From NCBI GenBank assembly GCA_964441565.1, contig CAYTWW010000002.1, positions 88,032 through 152,031 of the forward strand: a stretch of 64,000 nt of DNA. The letters run 5' to 3'. The notes under the pieces are model-generated. The model ran no database searches, had not been told where the DNA came from, and was given only the letters and a program-made list of their open reading frames with translations. Shown one piece after another: positions 19,102 through 28,401 of this stretch; position 1 is the stretch's first letter; every line of letters starts with the position of its first letter. A program made the translations under genes and the position numbers. Source of the stretch: an uncultured Methanosarcinales archaeon (GTDB taxonomy: Archaea; Nanobdellota; Nanobdellia; Woesearchaeales; GW2011-AR15).

Positions 19102-19125
19102 TTTTTCCCTGGAAGCACCCCGCAA
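19102..19125. other. Perfect 10-bp hairpin with GCAA tetraloop (gaagcacccc-gcaa-ggggtgcttc), flanked by T-runs
   Basis: Perfect inverted repeat read directly from the sequence. It lies between two minus-strand genes (Lon-like stop at 19225; next start at 18949) and is a candidate bidirectional terminator or structured RNA. Confidence 0.5.
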
Positions 19126-19148
19126 GGGGTGCTTCGAGGGTTTTAGTC

Positions 19149-19180
19149 ATTTCTTTGGCTACCTTTCTTTGTGACTGCAA
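19149..19180. other. Perfect 13-bp hairpin ctacctttctttg-tgactg-caaagaaaggtag; member of a 2-copy hairpin motif (second copy 28352-28380)
   Basis: Perfect inverted repeat. The extended motif tttctttggcYtacctttctttgYgA..caaagaaaggt is shared with 28340-28380. Both copies lie in 3' intergenic regions. Confidence 0.5.
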
Positions 19181-19224
19181 AGAAAGGTAGAGTGATATTG
19201 AGATAATAAGAAAAGCCAAATATT

Positions 19225-20907
19225 TCACTTCTTCCTCTTCTTCACAGAGAACTCTTTCCGAATCCAAAAGAAGCAGGCGATGAACCCCCACATGAATCCC
19301 AGTATGAAGAGGACAGGATAGCTGATATCGATCCTTGGCAGCTCGAATCTTTTCTGCCTGAAGTATATGTCCAGCTTCGACAGCTCAATCGCATACTCAG
19401 AATATAGGAGGGATGAGAACTTGTCATTCTCTATGAGCGACCGCGCGTAGTCGTAATAGCTGTATCCGACGATAGGGAAGACCTCCTCTTCCATCTGCCT
19501 GCCTATGATCTGCTCAGCCACATCCATCCTCTCCTCGATGAGCTGCCGAAGCTCTTCCTCCTCAAGGCCGAGAGTGTTCATGATTATGTCGACCTCAGCC
19601 TTCGCCTTGCTTGCCGTATACAGGCACATGCTGTACTGTCGGTCTGAAAGGTCTTTGTACGCATAGGACACCTGCCTCCTGATGTCGTTCAGGGATACAG
19701 GGAGATACTGCCTCACATACTCAAGCCTCTCCTCCACCTCAGATATCTTCCTCTGGCATGACTCCCGCAGAGAGCTTTCGTCGATATCGAACTTCCTCCC
19801 GGGCCTGCCGAAGAAGCTGGACCATGAGTAAGCTGAATGCAGCCTCTCCTCAGCATATGCCAGGTTGTATAGGCTAGTATTAGTCTCGTTTCCTATGCTC
19901 CTGTTGAGATATTCCTCTGCATCGAGGATCCTCTCTGAGACGACCATCATCGTCTGCAGGTCTGTCAGAGTCTCGATATCCTTCGACGATATTTTCTCTC
20001 TGAATGATCCTATCTCTCGCTCGATCCTGTCATGAGTACCTGTCATGTTCGTTATGTTTGCTTCCAGATGCGCTGCGTACTGCAGCTTGACATTGGCACC
20101 GAAGCAGTAGCTTGCTGCACTATAGAATCTCTCTTCCCTGATGGCTGATTCAGCTCTCGCATACAGGTCGGTCGAGTCATTGAGGAGCCATGACTCCTCC
20201 CTTCCCTCCATAAGATCCTCTGTCCTTGCGCATATGCTCTCTGAGATGTTTCTCATCATCTCGATATAATCTGCATTGACGATCAGGGAATAATCATGCC
20301 CAAGATCCTTGCCGATCGTCTCTTTCACAGCCTCCCTCAGGCTTGACACCTTGACAATCCTGATGCCTGTGCTGTTCTCAAGCTCGGCAAGATCAGTATC
20401 ATTGATGCTGCCCCACCTGGGGATGAGGACAGTCGTCATGTTGGAGGAATCAGCATATCTCACCTTCTCCGCGATCCCGCCTACTGGTCCGATCAGCCCA
20501 CCTGAATTTATCGTGCCTGTTATAGCCACATCCTTGTCAAGCGCAGCACCCTCAAGTACGCTCACAGTGAGGATAGATATCGCTGCCCCTGCGCTAGGTC
20601 CTCCGACGATCGCTGCATTTGCCCTGATAGTGTAGTAGAAATCATATCTGCTGCAATCCTTCTCCAGGAAATCGCAAGCTATCTCATTCGCGAACCTTGT
20701 CGACATAACAGTGTCGAGCTTGGTCAGAGGGAATGAATCTATGAATATCCTTCCTGATCCTGGGTGGACATCAAGAAATATGTCTGCTCCGCTGCCTATC
20801 TCGCCAGATCCTGACTCGGAAGTCGCGAGCAGCTTCATGCTGCCTGATGCTGCATATGCGAGCGGCAGCAGCAACAGGAGCAGCGGTACAAGAAGCAGTC
20901 TTTTCAT
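19225..20907 (-). CDS. Secreted, C-terminally membrane-anchored Lon-like serine peptidase (S16 proteolytic domain only, no AAA module)
   Basis: Start re-chosen at MKRLLLVPLLLLLLPLAYAASG (signal peptide); the ORF-track extension overlaps repeat copy 2. Lon proteolytic-domain motifs are present: GGPSAGAAISILTVSVLEG, ITGTINSGGLIGPVGGIAEKV (Ser-Lys dyad context) and TTVLIP. A C-terminal TM helix (VLFILGFMWGFIACFFWI) is followed by KKRKK. Confidence 0.7.
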   Translation of the reverse strand: MKRLLLVPLLLLLLPLAYAASGSMKLLATSESGSGEIGSGADIFLDVHPGSGRIFIDSFPLTKLDTVMSTRFANEIACDFLEKDCSRYDFYYTIRANAAIVGGPSAGAAISILTVSVLEGAALDKDVAITGTINSGGLIGPVGGIAEKVRYADSSNMTTVLIPRWGSINDTDLAELENSTGIRIVKVSSLREAVKETIGKDLGHDYSLIVNADYIEMMRNISESICARTEDLMEGREESWLLNDSTDLYARAESAIREERFYSAASYCFGANVKLQYAAHLEANITNMTGTHDRIEREIGSFREKISSKDIETLTDLQTMMVVSERILDAEEYLNRSIGNETNTSLYNLAYAEERLHSAYSWSSFFGRPGRKFDIDESSLRESCQRKISEVEERLEYVRQYLPVSLNDIRRQVSYAYKDLSDRQYSMCLYTASKAKAEVDIIMNTLGLEEEELRQLIEERMDVAEQIIGRQMEEEVFPIVGYSYYDYARSLIENDKFSSLLYSEYAIELSKLDIYFRQKRFELPRIDISYPVLFILGFMWGFIACFFWIRKEFSVKKRKK

Positions 20908-21000
20908 CCTGCCAAAAAAAGCCAGATTGCTATTAAACCTTTTGGTGATGAACCTGATGCTGCAGAACAGGAGTATCTGCCAAAGGCAAGCAATCAAGAC

Positions 21001-21199
21001 AATCGCCAAGGTACTTAGGACTTGCATCCTTGTAGCACCAAGGTTCCGATTGCGCGTTGGAAGTAGTGATCGGAATAAAAGATAAGTTCCAGTTTTTCCA
21101 GGTCTCCTTTTTTGTAGCAAGATTTTCAGTCATTGAAGAATTACTTTATTTATCTCCCATCACTGCACAAACTGGTGATACGGGAGCCTCAGATGCTTC
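21001..21199 (+). repeat. Copy 2 of the multi-block intergenic repeat family
   Basis: Blocks: aatcgccaagg; degenerate hairpin tacttaggacttgcatcct; gttccgat..N..gtgatcggaata; agtttttccaggtctccttttttg; attttcag; tctcccatcactgcacaaac; gggagcctcagatgcttc. Orientation matches the other copies. Confidence 0.7.
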
Positions 21200-21213
21200 T
21201 TCTTTCCTCCAGA

Positions 21214-21792
21214 CTACGTCCCGTAGCTGTCGACCTTCTCCTTCACTATGCTGTTCAGTGATCTTTCCCGAAACATCATAAGCTCATCCAGGAGCTGCGT
21301 CGCATGCTCAGGATCATTGTAGAATACCCTTACAGTCGATTTCTCAACCGCGGTATTACGCTTAGGATAGATGTATATCGTCAGCTCATATTCAAGCGGC
21401 ATCAGAGCGATCATGTCCTCGATGAACTGAGGCTCCATGCCTTTCTGCCTGTACTGTGTCACAAGCCTGGACTGGAACATTATCCTTTTGTATTTCTCTT
21501 CCTCTGATCTCCTGGCGATGGACTTCATCTGTCTGATGAGGGAATCGACCTTCTCTTCTGTCCCGACAACATCAGTCATACCTTCAGGAAGATCGCCTGG
21601 CTGCGTCTCTGCCTTTGGCTTCGCTATCATCCTTACACCGAATGCTGAAGGTGATGCAGCATACCTGATCTCTATCTCAGAATACTTGTCAAGCACACCC
21701 CTGTCGAACTTCACAAGCTCTCGCTTAGGTGCCTCGACCTTCTCTTTGCCTTCCTTCTTGCTGACCTTGCTAAGGATGTCTTTTACGTCCAC
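21214..21792 (-). CDS. Hypothetical protein
   Basis: 192-aa ORF with no recognised motif; good coding appearance. It ends directly after repeat copy 2. Confidence 0.5.
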   Translation of the reverse strand: MDVKDILSKVSKKEGKEKVEAPKRELVKFDRGVLDKYSEIEIRYAASPSAFGVRMIAKPKAETQPGDLPEGMTDVVGTEEKVDSLIRQMKSIARRSEEEKYKRIMFQSRLVTQYRQKGMEPQFIEDMIALMPLEYELTIYIYPKRNTAVEKSTVRVFYNDPEHATQLLDELMMFRERSLNSIVKEKVDSYGT

Positions 21793-21823
21793 ATCGGCGG
21801 GGAAAAAAATGCGAGATATAAAG

Positions 21824-24160
21824 CTATTTCTTTGGTTTCTTCGGAGCTTTGACAGATGCCGCTCTCTTCGCTGCTGCAGCGACCTTGCTGGAAGCTTTGC
21901 TCCCAGTCACCTCGGGGTTTTGTGCTGCAGGTTTATCTGCAGTTTTTTCGACAATCTTAGGTGCAGGCTTCGCACCAAGGTTCTGCGTGTATCTGCAAGC
22001 CGGGTATGTCGAACATCCCAGGAACTGGCCATAGACAGACTTCCTGAGGACAAGGTTGCCTTTCTTGCATTGAGGGCATTCCTTGACCTCACCATTCTCG
22101 ATCTTGTCAGCTTCTTTCTTCTGCGCAGTGTCTGTCAGCTTCTTCGAAGGGCATCCAGGATTGAAGCAGACTGTCTGCTTCTTCCTCCCGACGATCTGGA
22201 TGAGGGGAAGATTGCATTCCTTGCAAATCTGGTCTGTCGGGACGATCTTTCCCTTCTGCGGCACAGGATATATTGTCCTGCAGTCTGGATATTGATCGCA
22301 TGCCAGGAATCTCTGCCTGGTCTTCTTTGAACTCTTCAGGACAAGCCTTCCCTTCTTGCAAGTCGGACATTGACCGACATCTGTAGTCATGCTCTCCCTA
22401 TAGCTGACCCGCAGCTCCTCGCCGATCTTGCCCTCCTTCTGCTTGAAATCAGCAAGTATCTCTGTCAGCTCCTTCTTCGCCCTTTCGATGACTTTCGCAC
22501 CAGTCTCCTTCTTCTCCCTGATGCTGTCCATCTCCTCCTCGAAATGGCGTGTCAGTTCTTCTTCGACGATCCTGGGAGAATATTTCTCAAGCACCTCGAT
22601 CGTCTTTATGCCAAGCTCGCTCGCTTCTAGAGCCTTCCCATCCAGATATCCCCTGTCAGCAAGGCTGTCGATTATTTGCGCCCTTGTGGATTTTGTTCCC
22701 AGGTTCCTCTTCTCAAGTTCCTTGATCAGGGATGCCTGCGTGTATCTTTTCGGCGGTTCTGTCTGTTTCGACAGCTTCTTGATCTCCTGCACCTTGACCA
22801 TGCCGCCTTCCTTTAGCGGAGGGAGCTCTTCCTCCTTCTGTTTCGAATAAGGCTCATACAGGACATGCCATCCCTTATCTACCGTGGTCGTGCCTTTGGC
22901 GACAAATATCTCTGTGTTGACATCGATCTTGGCAGTCATCGTCTGCCTCACAGCCCATTCCCCGAAAGTCGCGAAGAACCTCTTCACGATAAGGTCATAG
23001 ATCTTCTTCTTGGGCCCTTCGATTCGGTCAGATTTCTGGCCAGTCGGATATATTGCCGGATGGGCTGGATCATCCTTTGTTCCCTCGTTTGCCTTCAGCG
23101 GCTTTCCCTTCAGTAGCGCATACAGCTTAGCATATTCTGGATTCTCTGAGAGTGCCTGCATTATCTTCGGGAAACCGATCTTCGCAGGAAGCTTCTGCGA
23201 ACTCGTCCTCGGATAGGATATGACTCCTGCCAGGTACAGTTCCTGAGCGACTGATAGAGCCATCGAAGGCGATATGCCAAAGACCCGATAGGCCTCTGTC
23301 TGGAGAGTGGTGAGATCAAATGGGAACGGAGGAGGCTGCTTGAACTCTTTCCTTTCGACCGACTTCACGATGCCATCATGCCCGCTCGTTTTTTTGAGCG
23401 AAGAGTCGCATTGCTTCTCATCCCAGAACTTGTCCATCTCATGCATCGCCACGATCTGGTCCTTGTCATAGGAACCATGCAGTTCAAGCTGCCAGTATTT
23501 CTGCGGCACGAACTTCCTTATCTCTAGCTCCCTGTCCACGATTATCTTGAGGGCTGGACCCTGCACCCTTCCGGATGACAATGTCTTGTATACCTTTGCC
23601 TTCCTAAGCGACAACGTCAATGCCCTGGAGAGATTTATTCCATACAGCCAGTCAAGCACATGCCGTGTCTCCCCTGCGTTTGCCTGCCCCCAGTCTATGG
23701 TTGGATTCTTATCTGAATACGATTCCACGAGGTCTGGCTTTGTGAGCGTGGAGAATTTCATCCTCTCTGCATCCTTCTGCTTGCAGATGAACCTGACGCA
23801 GTTGTATCCTATCAGTTCTCCCTCGATATCGTAATCGCATGCCACTGTATATGCGTCAGCATCCTTGCACAGCTCCTTTATCGCATTCAGGTATTTCTTG
23901 GAATATGCAGCATTCTTGTCCACATCGCTTGTCGGTCTCCATTCGATGTCAAAGCTCGGATAGATGAAGCTCTTCTTCTTCTCAGTCACTGTATACAGAT
24001 GTCCCACAGCGCACGCCACCACAATGTCCCTGCCCTTATGCTTGAGCGTATAATATGGCACTCCTGAAAGATTGAGTTTCTTCGGAGAAGAATCAGCGAG
24101 AGCATACGCTATCTTCTGCGCAGCGCTCGGTTTCTCGGTGATTATGAGCTCATAACCCAT
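21824..24160 (-). CDS. topA: DNA topoisomerase IA (TopA/Topo III-like) with four C-terminal C4 zinc ribbons and a lysine-rich tail
   Basis: Start re-chosen at MGYELIITEKPSAAQKIAYAL (Toprim domain). The conserved type IA core is present, with the active-site-region Tyr in SYPRTSS, and C4 ribbons (CPTCKKG..C..C, CKEC...C..C, CPQCKKG...C..C). Confidence 0.9.
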   Translation of the reverse strand: MGYELIITEKPSAAQKIAYALADSSPKKLNLSGVPYYTLKHKGRDIVVACAVGHLYTVTEKKKSFIYPSFDIEWRPTSDVDKNAAYSKKYLNAIKELCKDADAYTVACDYDIEGELIGYNCVRFICKQKDAERMKFSTLTKPDLVESYSDKNPTIDWGQANAGETRHVLDWLYGINLSRALTLSLRKAKVYKTLSSGRVQGPALKIIVDRELEIRKFVPQKYWQLELHGSYDKDQIVAMHEMDKFWDEKQCDSSLKKTSGHDGIVKSVERKEFKQPPPFPFDLTTLQTEAYRVFGISPSMALSVAQELYLAGVISYPRTSSQKLPAKIGFPKIMQALSENPEYAKLYALLKGKPLKANEGTKDDPAHPAIYPTGQKSDRIEGPKKKIYDLIVKRFFATFGEWAVRQTMTAKIDVNTEIFVAKGTTTVDKGWHVLYEPYSKQKEEELPPLKEGGMVKVQEIKKLSKQTEPPKRYTQASLIKELEKRNLGTKSTRAQIIDSLADRGYLDGKALEASELGIKTIEVLEKYSPRIVEEELTRHFEEEMDSIREKKETGAKVIERAKKELTEILADFKQKEGKIGEELRVSYRESMTTDVGQCPTCKKGRLVLKSSKKTRQRFLACDQYPDCRTIYPVPQKGKIVPTDQICKECNLPLIQIVGRKKQTVCFNPGCPSKKLTDTAQKKEADKIENGEVKECPQCKKGNLVLRKSVYGQFLGCSTYPACRYTQNLGAKPAPKIVEKTADKPAAQNPEVTGSKASSKVAAAAKRAASVKAPKKPKK

Positions 24161-24287
24161 GGGTAAGCAAGCAAGAATCAAGGCTGCCTATAAATAATTT
24201 CAGGTTTGGTATCTGAAAAGAAAAATCTGCTATCCTGCCGAAATGAAGTGTTGATATTGATGAGAAGGTACTCAGGACTTCCTAAGT

Positions 24288-24480
24288 AATCGCCAAGGCT
24301 TCCGATCTTAGGCGTAAGCAATCTCGCCGATCGGAAGAAAAAAAGTTTCATTTTTCCAGGTCTCTTTTTTGGGAGCTTGGAACTTGTTTAAAAAAAGATT
24401 TTCAGTACGAAATAAGACTAAAAATTCTTTTTTTCTCCCATCATTGCACAAACAACTGATATGGGAGCCTCTGGCGCTTC
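24288..24480 (+). repeat. Copy 3 (most compact) of the multi-block intergenic repeat family
   Basis: Blocks: aatcgccaagg; cttccgat..N..cgccgatcggaag; agtttcatttttccaggtctcttttttg; aaagattttcag; ttctcccatcattgcacaaac; gggagcctctggcgcttc (24463-24480). It lies between topA and the next minus-strand gene. Confidence 0.75.
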
Positions 24481-24515
24481 CTTTCATCTGTCTAATCTGA
24501 TTTGCCTGTAGGTAT

Positions 24516-25052
24516 TCACATAACTCTCGCAAGGAACGGAGCGATATTCAGGAACAGCACAAGGTTCACAAGGATATTGCTTATGCTGTACATCAGGTTC
24601 TTGCTGATATCATAATTGAACACGAAATGGTAGAATACGAAAACGAACATGTTCTTGGCGAAAGTGGCAAGCACCCCAAGCCAGAAGAGCGGCAGTGGCA
24701 CATAAGGCACAAGGAAGGCAGCGATCACATTCCCTATCACCATTGGCACCAGGAACGGTGAATAGTATCCATAGAACGCGCTAGACAAGACTGTCCCGAA
24801 TATCGCGATAAGCATCCCTGCCTTCAGCCCGTAATTGATCGTGCACAGCACGATGCCAAGAGTTAGGATCTCTATTTCGATAGGCAGCTGAAAATCCCTC
24901 TTGTAGGCAGAGAGGACGATGTTTCCCACGATGAAGAATGTGACGAATATAGTGGCCTTTATCTCGTTATAGAACAGGAACACAAGAGGCAGCGAGAACA
25001 GCCCTGCGATTATGTACAGGATGATCCTTTTTCTCCTCTTGTTCTTTTCCAT
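24516..25052 (-). CDS. Multi-pass membrane protein, hypothetical
   Basis: 178 aa, 5-6 predicted TM helices, N-terminal KRRKR. Confidence 0.55.
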   Translation of the reverse strand: MEKNKRRKRIILYIIAGLFSLPLVFLFYNEIKATIFVTFFIVGNIVLSAYKRDFQLPIEIEILTLGIVLCTINYGLKAGMLIAIFGTVLSSAFYGYYSPFLVPMVIGNVIAAFLVPYVPLPLFWLGVLATFAKNMFVFVFYHFVFNYDISKNLMYSISNILVNLVLFLNIAPFLARVM

Positions 25053-25086
25053 AAAGAATATAGCCTGCCTGTCCTTTTTCCAAGGG

Positions 25087-25953
25087 ATGCGTGATATAGT
25101 AATTAAGCTTTCTGAAAGGATAAGGAGAGAGTGCTGTTCGCTCGTCCTTCCTGGAGAGAATTACAGGGAGCTGAGTCCATCAGGAGATGATGATCTGACA
25201 TTCATAGACGGAGGGAATGCCGAAGTATTCGCCTCCCCTTCAGTGTCTGTTCACCTCATCCGGCTGCATGCAGTCACCGCTGGCAGCGAGAAGAAGCACT
25301 TCCACAAGGAATTCTTCTGTATCGCGACGATGGAAGGGAGGAAGGCGAGAGTAGAGGCTTTGGACCAGGAGTTCCCCTCCCTCGACATCGAGGTCGACAA
25401 GGATAGCACATGCGGTTCAGCATGCGATGCCTTCAGGAGGTTATCTGAGCTGAGGTTCGCTCTTGGATTCAAGACACCTGTCGTGCTCGATGGCAGCTTC
25501 GAGACACGCACAGATGAGGATAAAGCCCTTGTCCAAGACCTTCTGACGAAGAGATCATGCGCCATATCCAAGACATGTTCCCTCCTGTCTGATGAAGGTT
25601 ACTCGCTTGCTGCTGCAAGCATGAGATGCTCCCCATTCCCGCTATTCTCATACCAGCTCCCAGCGAAAGGATTCTGCTCATACCTTGTCAAGCTGCACAA
25701 GTCATCTAAGCATGCATTCCGTCTGGACTGCTCAGACACATTCAGGGATGCGCCTTCCAGCTTGGTGAGATTCTGCTCAGACCCTATCTTCCCAGGTTAT
25801 CCCTATCCGCTAATCGAAGCAGACAAGCTTGCCCGAATCTCGAAGAAGGAAGCAGGCTCCATCCGCCTCAGATTGACGCTTGCACTCGACAAGGATGGAG
25901 AACTGCTGCAGAATTCCAGTACTGCGCATGACATACTTGACAACGTGCAGTAG
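25087..25953 (+). CDS. Hypothetical protein (faint resemblance to NurA/RNase-H-like nucleases, unverified)
   Basis: Start re-chosen at MRDIVIKL; the ORF-track extension overlaps the divergent membrane-protein gene. LTFIDGGNAEVF is an early acidic motif reminiscent of the NurA IDGS motif, but there is no further support. Confidence 0.45.
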   Translation: MRDIVIKLSERIRRECCSLVLPGENYRELSPSGDDDLTFIDGGNAEVFASPSVSVHLIRLHAVTAGSEKKHFHKEFFCIATMEGRKARVEALDQEFPSLDIEVDKDSTCGSACDAFRRLSELRFALGFKTPVVLDGSFETRTDEDKALVQDLLTKRSCAISKTCSLLSDEGYSLAAASMRCSPFPLFSYQLPAKGFCSYLVKLHKSSKHAFRLDCSDTFRDAPSSLVRFCSDPIFPGYPYPLIEADKLARISKKEAGSIRLRLTLALDKDGELLQNSSTAHDILDNVQ

Positions 25954-25987
25954 CAGTATAGTGGGAATTCATAAGAAGGCGTTTCTG

Positions 25988-26350
25988 TCATCTTTGATAC
26001 TGGAAAGGAGGCACGTATCCTCCGAAGTCGACTCTTCCCATGAACTTCTCGTCAAAATGATAGTCCAGGACAGTCACAGGTCCCTTCACACGGCTATGCT
26101 GGTCAGCAGGCTTCAACAATCTTGCAGATGCGTTCTTCTGCCCGATCTGATGGCAGAAGTATTCCAGCCACTCATCAGATAGTTCTGCTTGGTAGAATGC
26201 ATCACTGATCCGCTCCTTTTCAGATCTGCATAGTGTATCCAGATCTTCGCAAAAAGGAAGACTGCCCTGCGCAAGTTCTTCTGCTGCCTTGTTGTATAGC
26301 TCACCGTACATATCATATAATTCTCGGACTCTTCTGTTTGGGAATTCCAT
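25988..26350 (-). CDS. Hypothetical protein
   Basis: 120-aa ORF with no motif. Confidence 0.4.
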   Translation of the reverse strand: MEFPNRRVRELYDMYGELYNKAAEELAQGSLPFCEDLDTLCRSEKERISDAFYQAELSDEWLEYFCHQIGQKNASARLLKPADQHSRVKGPVTVLDYHFDEKFMGRVDFGGYVPPFQYQR

Positions 26351-26432
26351 CTTCTCACCTCGTTTAGGTCTTTAGATCCTTAATACCATCAACGAGTGAG
26401 TACTATATCCAATTTTTACCGCACATGTGCGG

Positions 26433-26906
26433 CTAAGAATTCAATATCGTCTTTGCCTCTGCCTTTCTCAGGTGCTCGACAAAAGTGCTTTTTGACAGGC
26501 CAAAGTATTTGGCAAGCTTTGTCACAGAGATTCTCCTGGGCCATTCATAATATCCGAGGTCCTTTGCCAGGTTGAGTACGCTCAACTGGATGCTTGTGAG
26601 CTTATTCTCTATCTGTCTCTTCTTTATAGATCTCAGCTCCACTTTGCCGAGGAATTGTAGATCTCTGTACAGCCTTGTGAGTTCCTCCCTCCTGTCAGCC
26701 CCTACATCCCAGATCTCCTTCCCATCCTTGAATTCCACAGAGTCAAGGACAAAGCAATCATTCTTCAGAACATAATAAGTCACAGACTCATACTTCCCTT
26801 CATTGTAGGTATGGAGTCTAAGATAAAGGAAATCCTTGCCTTCATCCATTGTCTCGATCTTTCTGCATATCTTGAAAGTTTTTAGGGTCTTGATGACATT
26901 TTCCAT
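26433..26906 (-). CDS. HTH (HTH_10/Bat-type) DNA-binding transcriptional regulator
   Basis: Start re-chosen at MENVIKTL (ATG 26906-26904). C-terminal helix-turn-helix LGYYEWPRRISVTKLAKYFGLSKSTFVEHLRKAEAKTI. The longer ORF-track version overlaps the divergent kinase gene. Confidence 0.6.
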   Translation of the reverse strand: MENVIKTLKTFKICRKIETMDEGKDFLYLRLHTYNEGKYESVTYYVLKNDCFVLDSVEFKDGKEIWDVGADRREELTRLYRDLQFLGKVELRSIKKRQIENKLTSIQLSVLNLAKDLGYYEWPRRISVTKLAKYFGLSKSTFVEHLRKAEAKTILNS

Positions 26907-27144
26907 GCCTTCCCCTCTTGCAGAAAGTATTCCGATCGTGTGGTCATCAAAGAACTGGCAGTTGCTTAGCCTGAATATGCACCTTGGAAAACAGGAGGAC
27001 AGTTCTGTTGCCCAGCAACCATTATGTGCGATATGGAACTTTGCAGAGTACACAATGATCACAACAGATCCCAAGTATAAATCTTTTGTGAACAAAAACT
27101 TAATAAGCCATGCAAGATTAGGTCTATTGAAAGAGGTCTTGCCA

Positions 27145-28146
27145 ATGTATGACGTAATCACAGTGGGATCGGCGACAGTCGATGTGTTCGCTGATTCAGA
27201 ATCAGAGCTTATCAAGATAAGGACTGCCAAGGAGACAGAGGAATGGATAGCGTATCCATCTGGCGCCAAGATACTGATCAAGAATATCGAGTTCTATACT
27301 GGAGGAGGAGGCACCAATACTGCGGTCTGCCTCTCAAGGCTCGGCCATAAGGTTGCCTATGTCGGAAAGCTGGGTGATGACTCGAACTCTGATATGGTGC
27401 TTGATGAGCTCAAGGTCGAACGTGTCGATTTCCTTGGTGTGCGCACAAAGGGCATGTGCGGATATTCAGTCATCCTCACGAATCTTGACAGGGATCGGAG
27501 CATCCTCGCTTACAAGGGAGTCAATAACGAACTGAGATACGATGAATTGAACATGAGGAAGCTCAAGACAAAGTGGTTCTATTTCTCTGCCATGATGAAG
27601 GACTCATTCGAGACCCTTGAGAAGCTCGCTGCATATGCTGAGAAGAACAAGATAAGGATAGCCTTCAACCCTAGCAACTACCTTGCAGAAAAGGGCACTA
27701 CCTTCCTCTCGAAGATACTTTCAAGGACAGAGATGGTCATCCTCAATAAGGAAGAAGCTGAGCTCCTCGTGGGAAAAGGGCCGGTGATCGAGCTTATCAG
27801 GAGGATAATGGGATGCGGACCGAAGCTTGTCGTGGTGACTGATGGCAAGAAAGGCGCCCATACTTGGCACAAAGGGACATACTACCACATCGTGCCTGCG
27901 AATGTGCAGGTCCTTGATACCACAGGAGCAGGCGACAGCTTCGCAGCCTCCATACTCTCAGGCATGATAAAGAAGAACGATATCGAGTTCTCCCTGAAGC
28001 TTGCCCAGGCGAACGCAGAATCCAATGTCATGTTCCCGGGAGCGAAGAACAAGGTCCTGACATACAAAGAAGCCCTTGCTGCGCTGAAGAAGAACCACTG
28101 GAACATCAAGAAGGAAAAAATCAACCTTGTGGTTTCAATCTGCTAA
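27145..28146 (+). CDS. PfkB-family carbohydrate/nucleoside kinase (ribokinase-like)
   Basis: Start at MYDVITVGSATVD. Glycine-rich substrate motif near TGGGGTNTAV and the conserved ATP motif DTTGAGDSFAAS are present; 333 aa. Confidence 0.85.
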   Translation: MYDVITVGSATVDVFADSESELIKIRTAKETEEWIAYPSGAKILIKNIEFYTGGGGTNTAVCLSRLGHKVAYVGKLGDDSNSDMVLDELKVERVDFLGVRTKGMCGYSVILTNLDRDRSILAYKGVNNELRYDELNMRKLKTKWFYFSAMMKDSFETLEKLAAYAEKNKIRIAFNPSNYLAEKGTTFLSKILSRTEMVILNKEEAELLVGKGPVIELIRRIMGCGPKLVVVTDGKKGAHTWHKGTYYHIVPANVQVLDTTGAGDSFAASILSGMIKKNDIEFSLKLAQANAESNVMFPGAKNKVLTYKEALAALKKNHWNIKKEKINLVVSIC

Positions 28147-28351
28147 ACCAAATATTTTTAATACATTTTTAAGATTGTTCGTCTTGATGCAGGGATACAG
28201 CAGGATCGGGATCTACAACAAGAACCTCAAGGCTAAGAATCCTGAGAAGCAGGCCCAGGCATCGACGGATTACGTCAATCTCATCCTTTTCGTGCTTCTG
28301 ATCGTCGTGCTTGTGCTGTTCGTTGTCACGTGAACTCGTTTCTTTGGCCTT

Positions 28352-28380
28352 ACCTTTCTTTGCGAGTTTCAAAGAAAGGT
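28352..28380. other. Second copy of the conserved hairpin motif (acctttctttg-cgagttt-caaagaaaggt)
   Basis: Perfect 11-bp inverted repeat preceded by tttctttggcct, matching 19141-19180. It lies between convergent genes (the small + ORF and the HerA stop at 28402). Confidence 0.5.
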
Positions 28381-28401
28381 TCCAAATCAGTTGTGTGGTG
28401 T

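Noticed and set aside
20908-21120. 71-aa N-terminal extension of the Lon-like protease ORF (ORF track start 21120)
   Set aside because: The extension overlaps repeat copy 2 and is compositionally odd. The internal Met at 20907 begins a textbook signal peptide (MKRLLLVPLLLLLLPLAYAASG).
26907-27281. 125-aa N-terminal extension of the HTH regulator ORF, and the 103-aa extension of the PfkB kinase ORF (26836-27144)
   Set aside because: The two extensions overlap each other on opposite strands. Internal Met starts give normal-length proteins and a clean divergent arrangement.
28127-28333. 68-aa + strand ORF with a hydrophobic C-terminus downstream of the kinase
   Set aside because: It overlaps the kinase 3' end in another frame, the start is uncertain, and there is no motif. 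It is possibly a small membrane protein, but there is insufficient support to list it as a feature.
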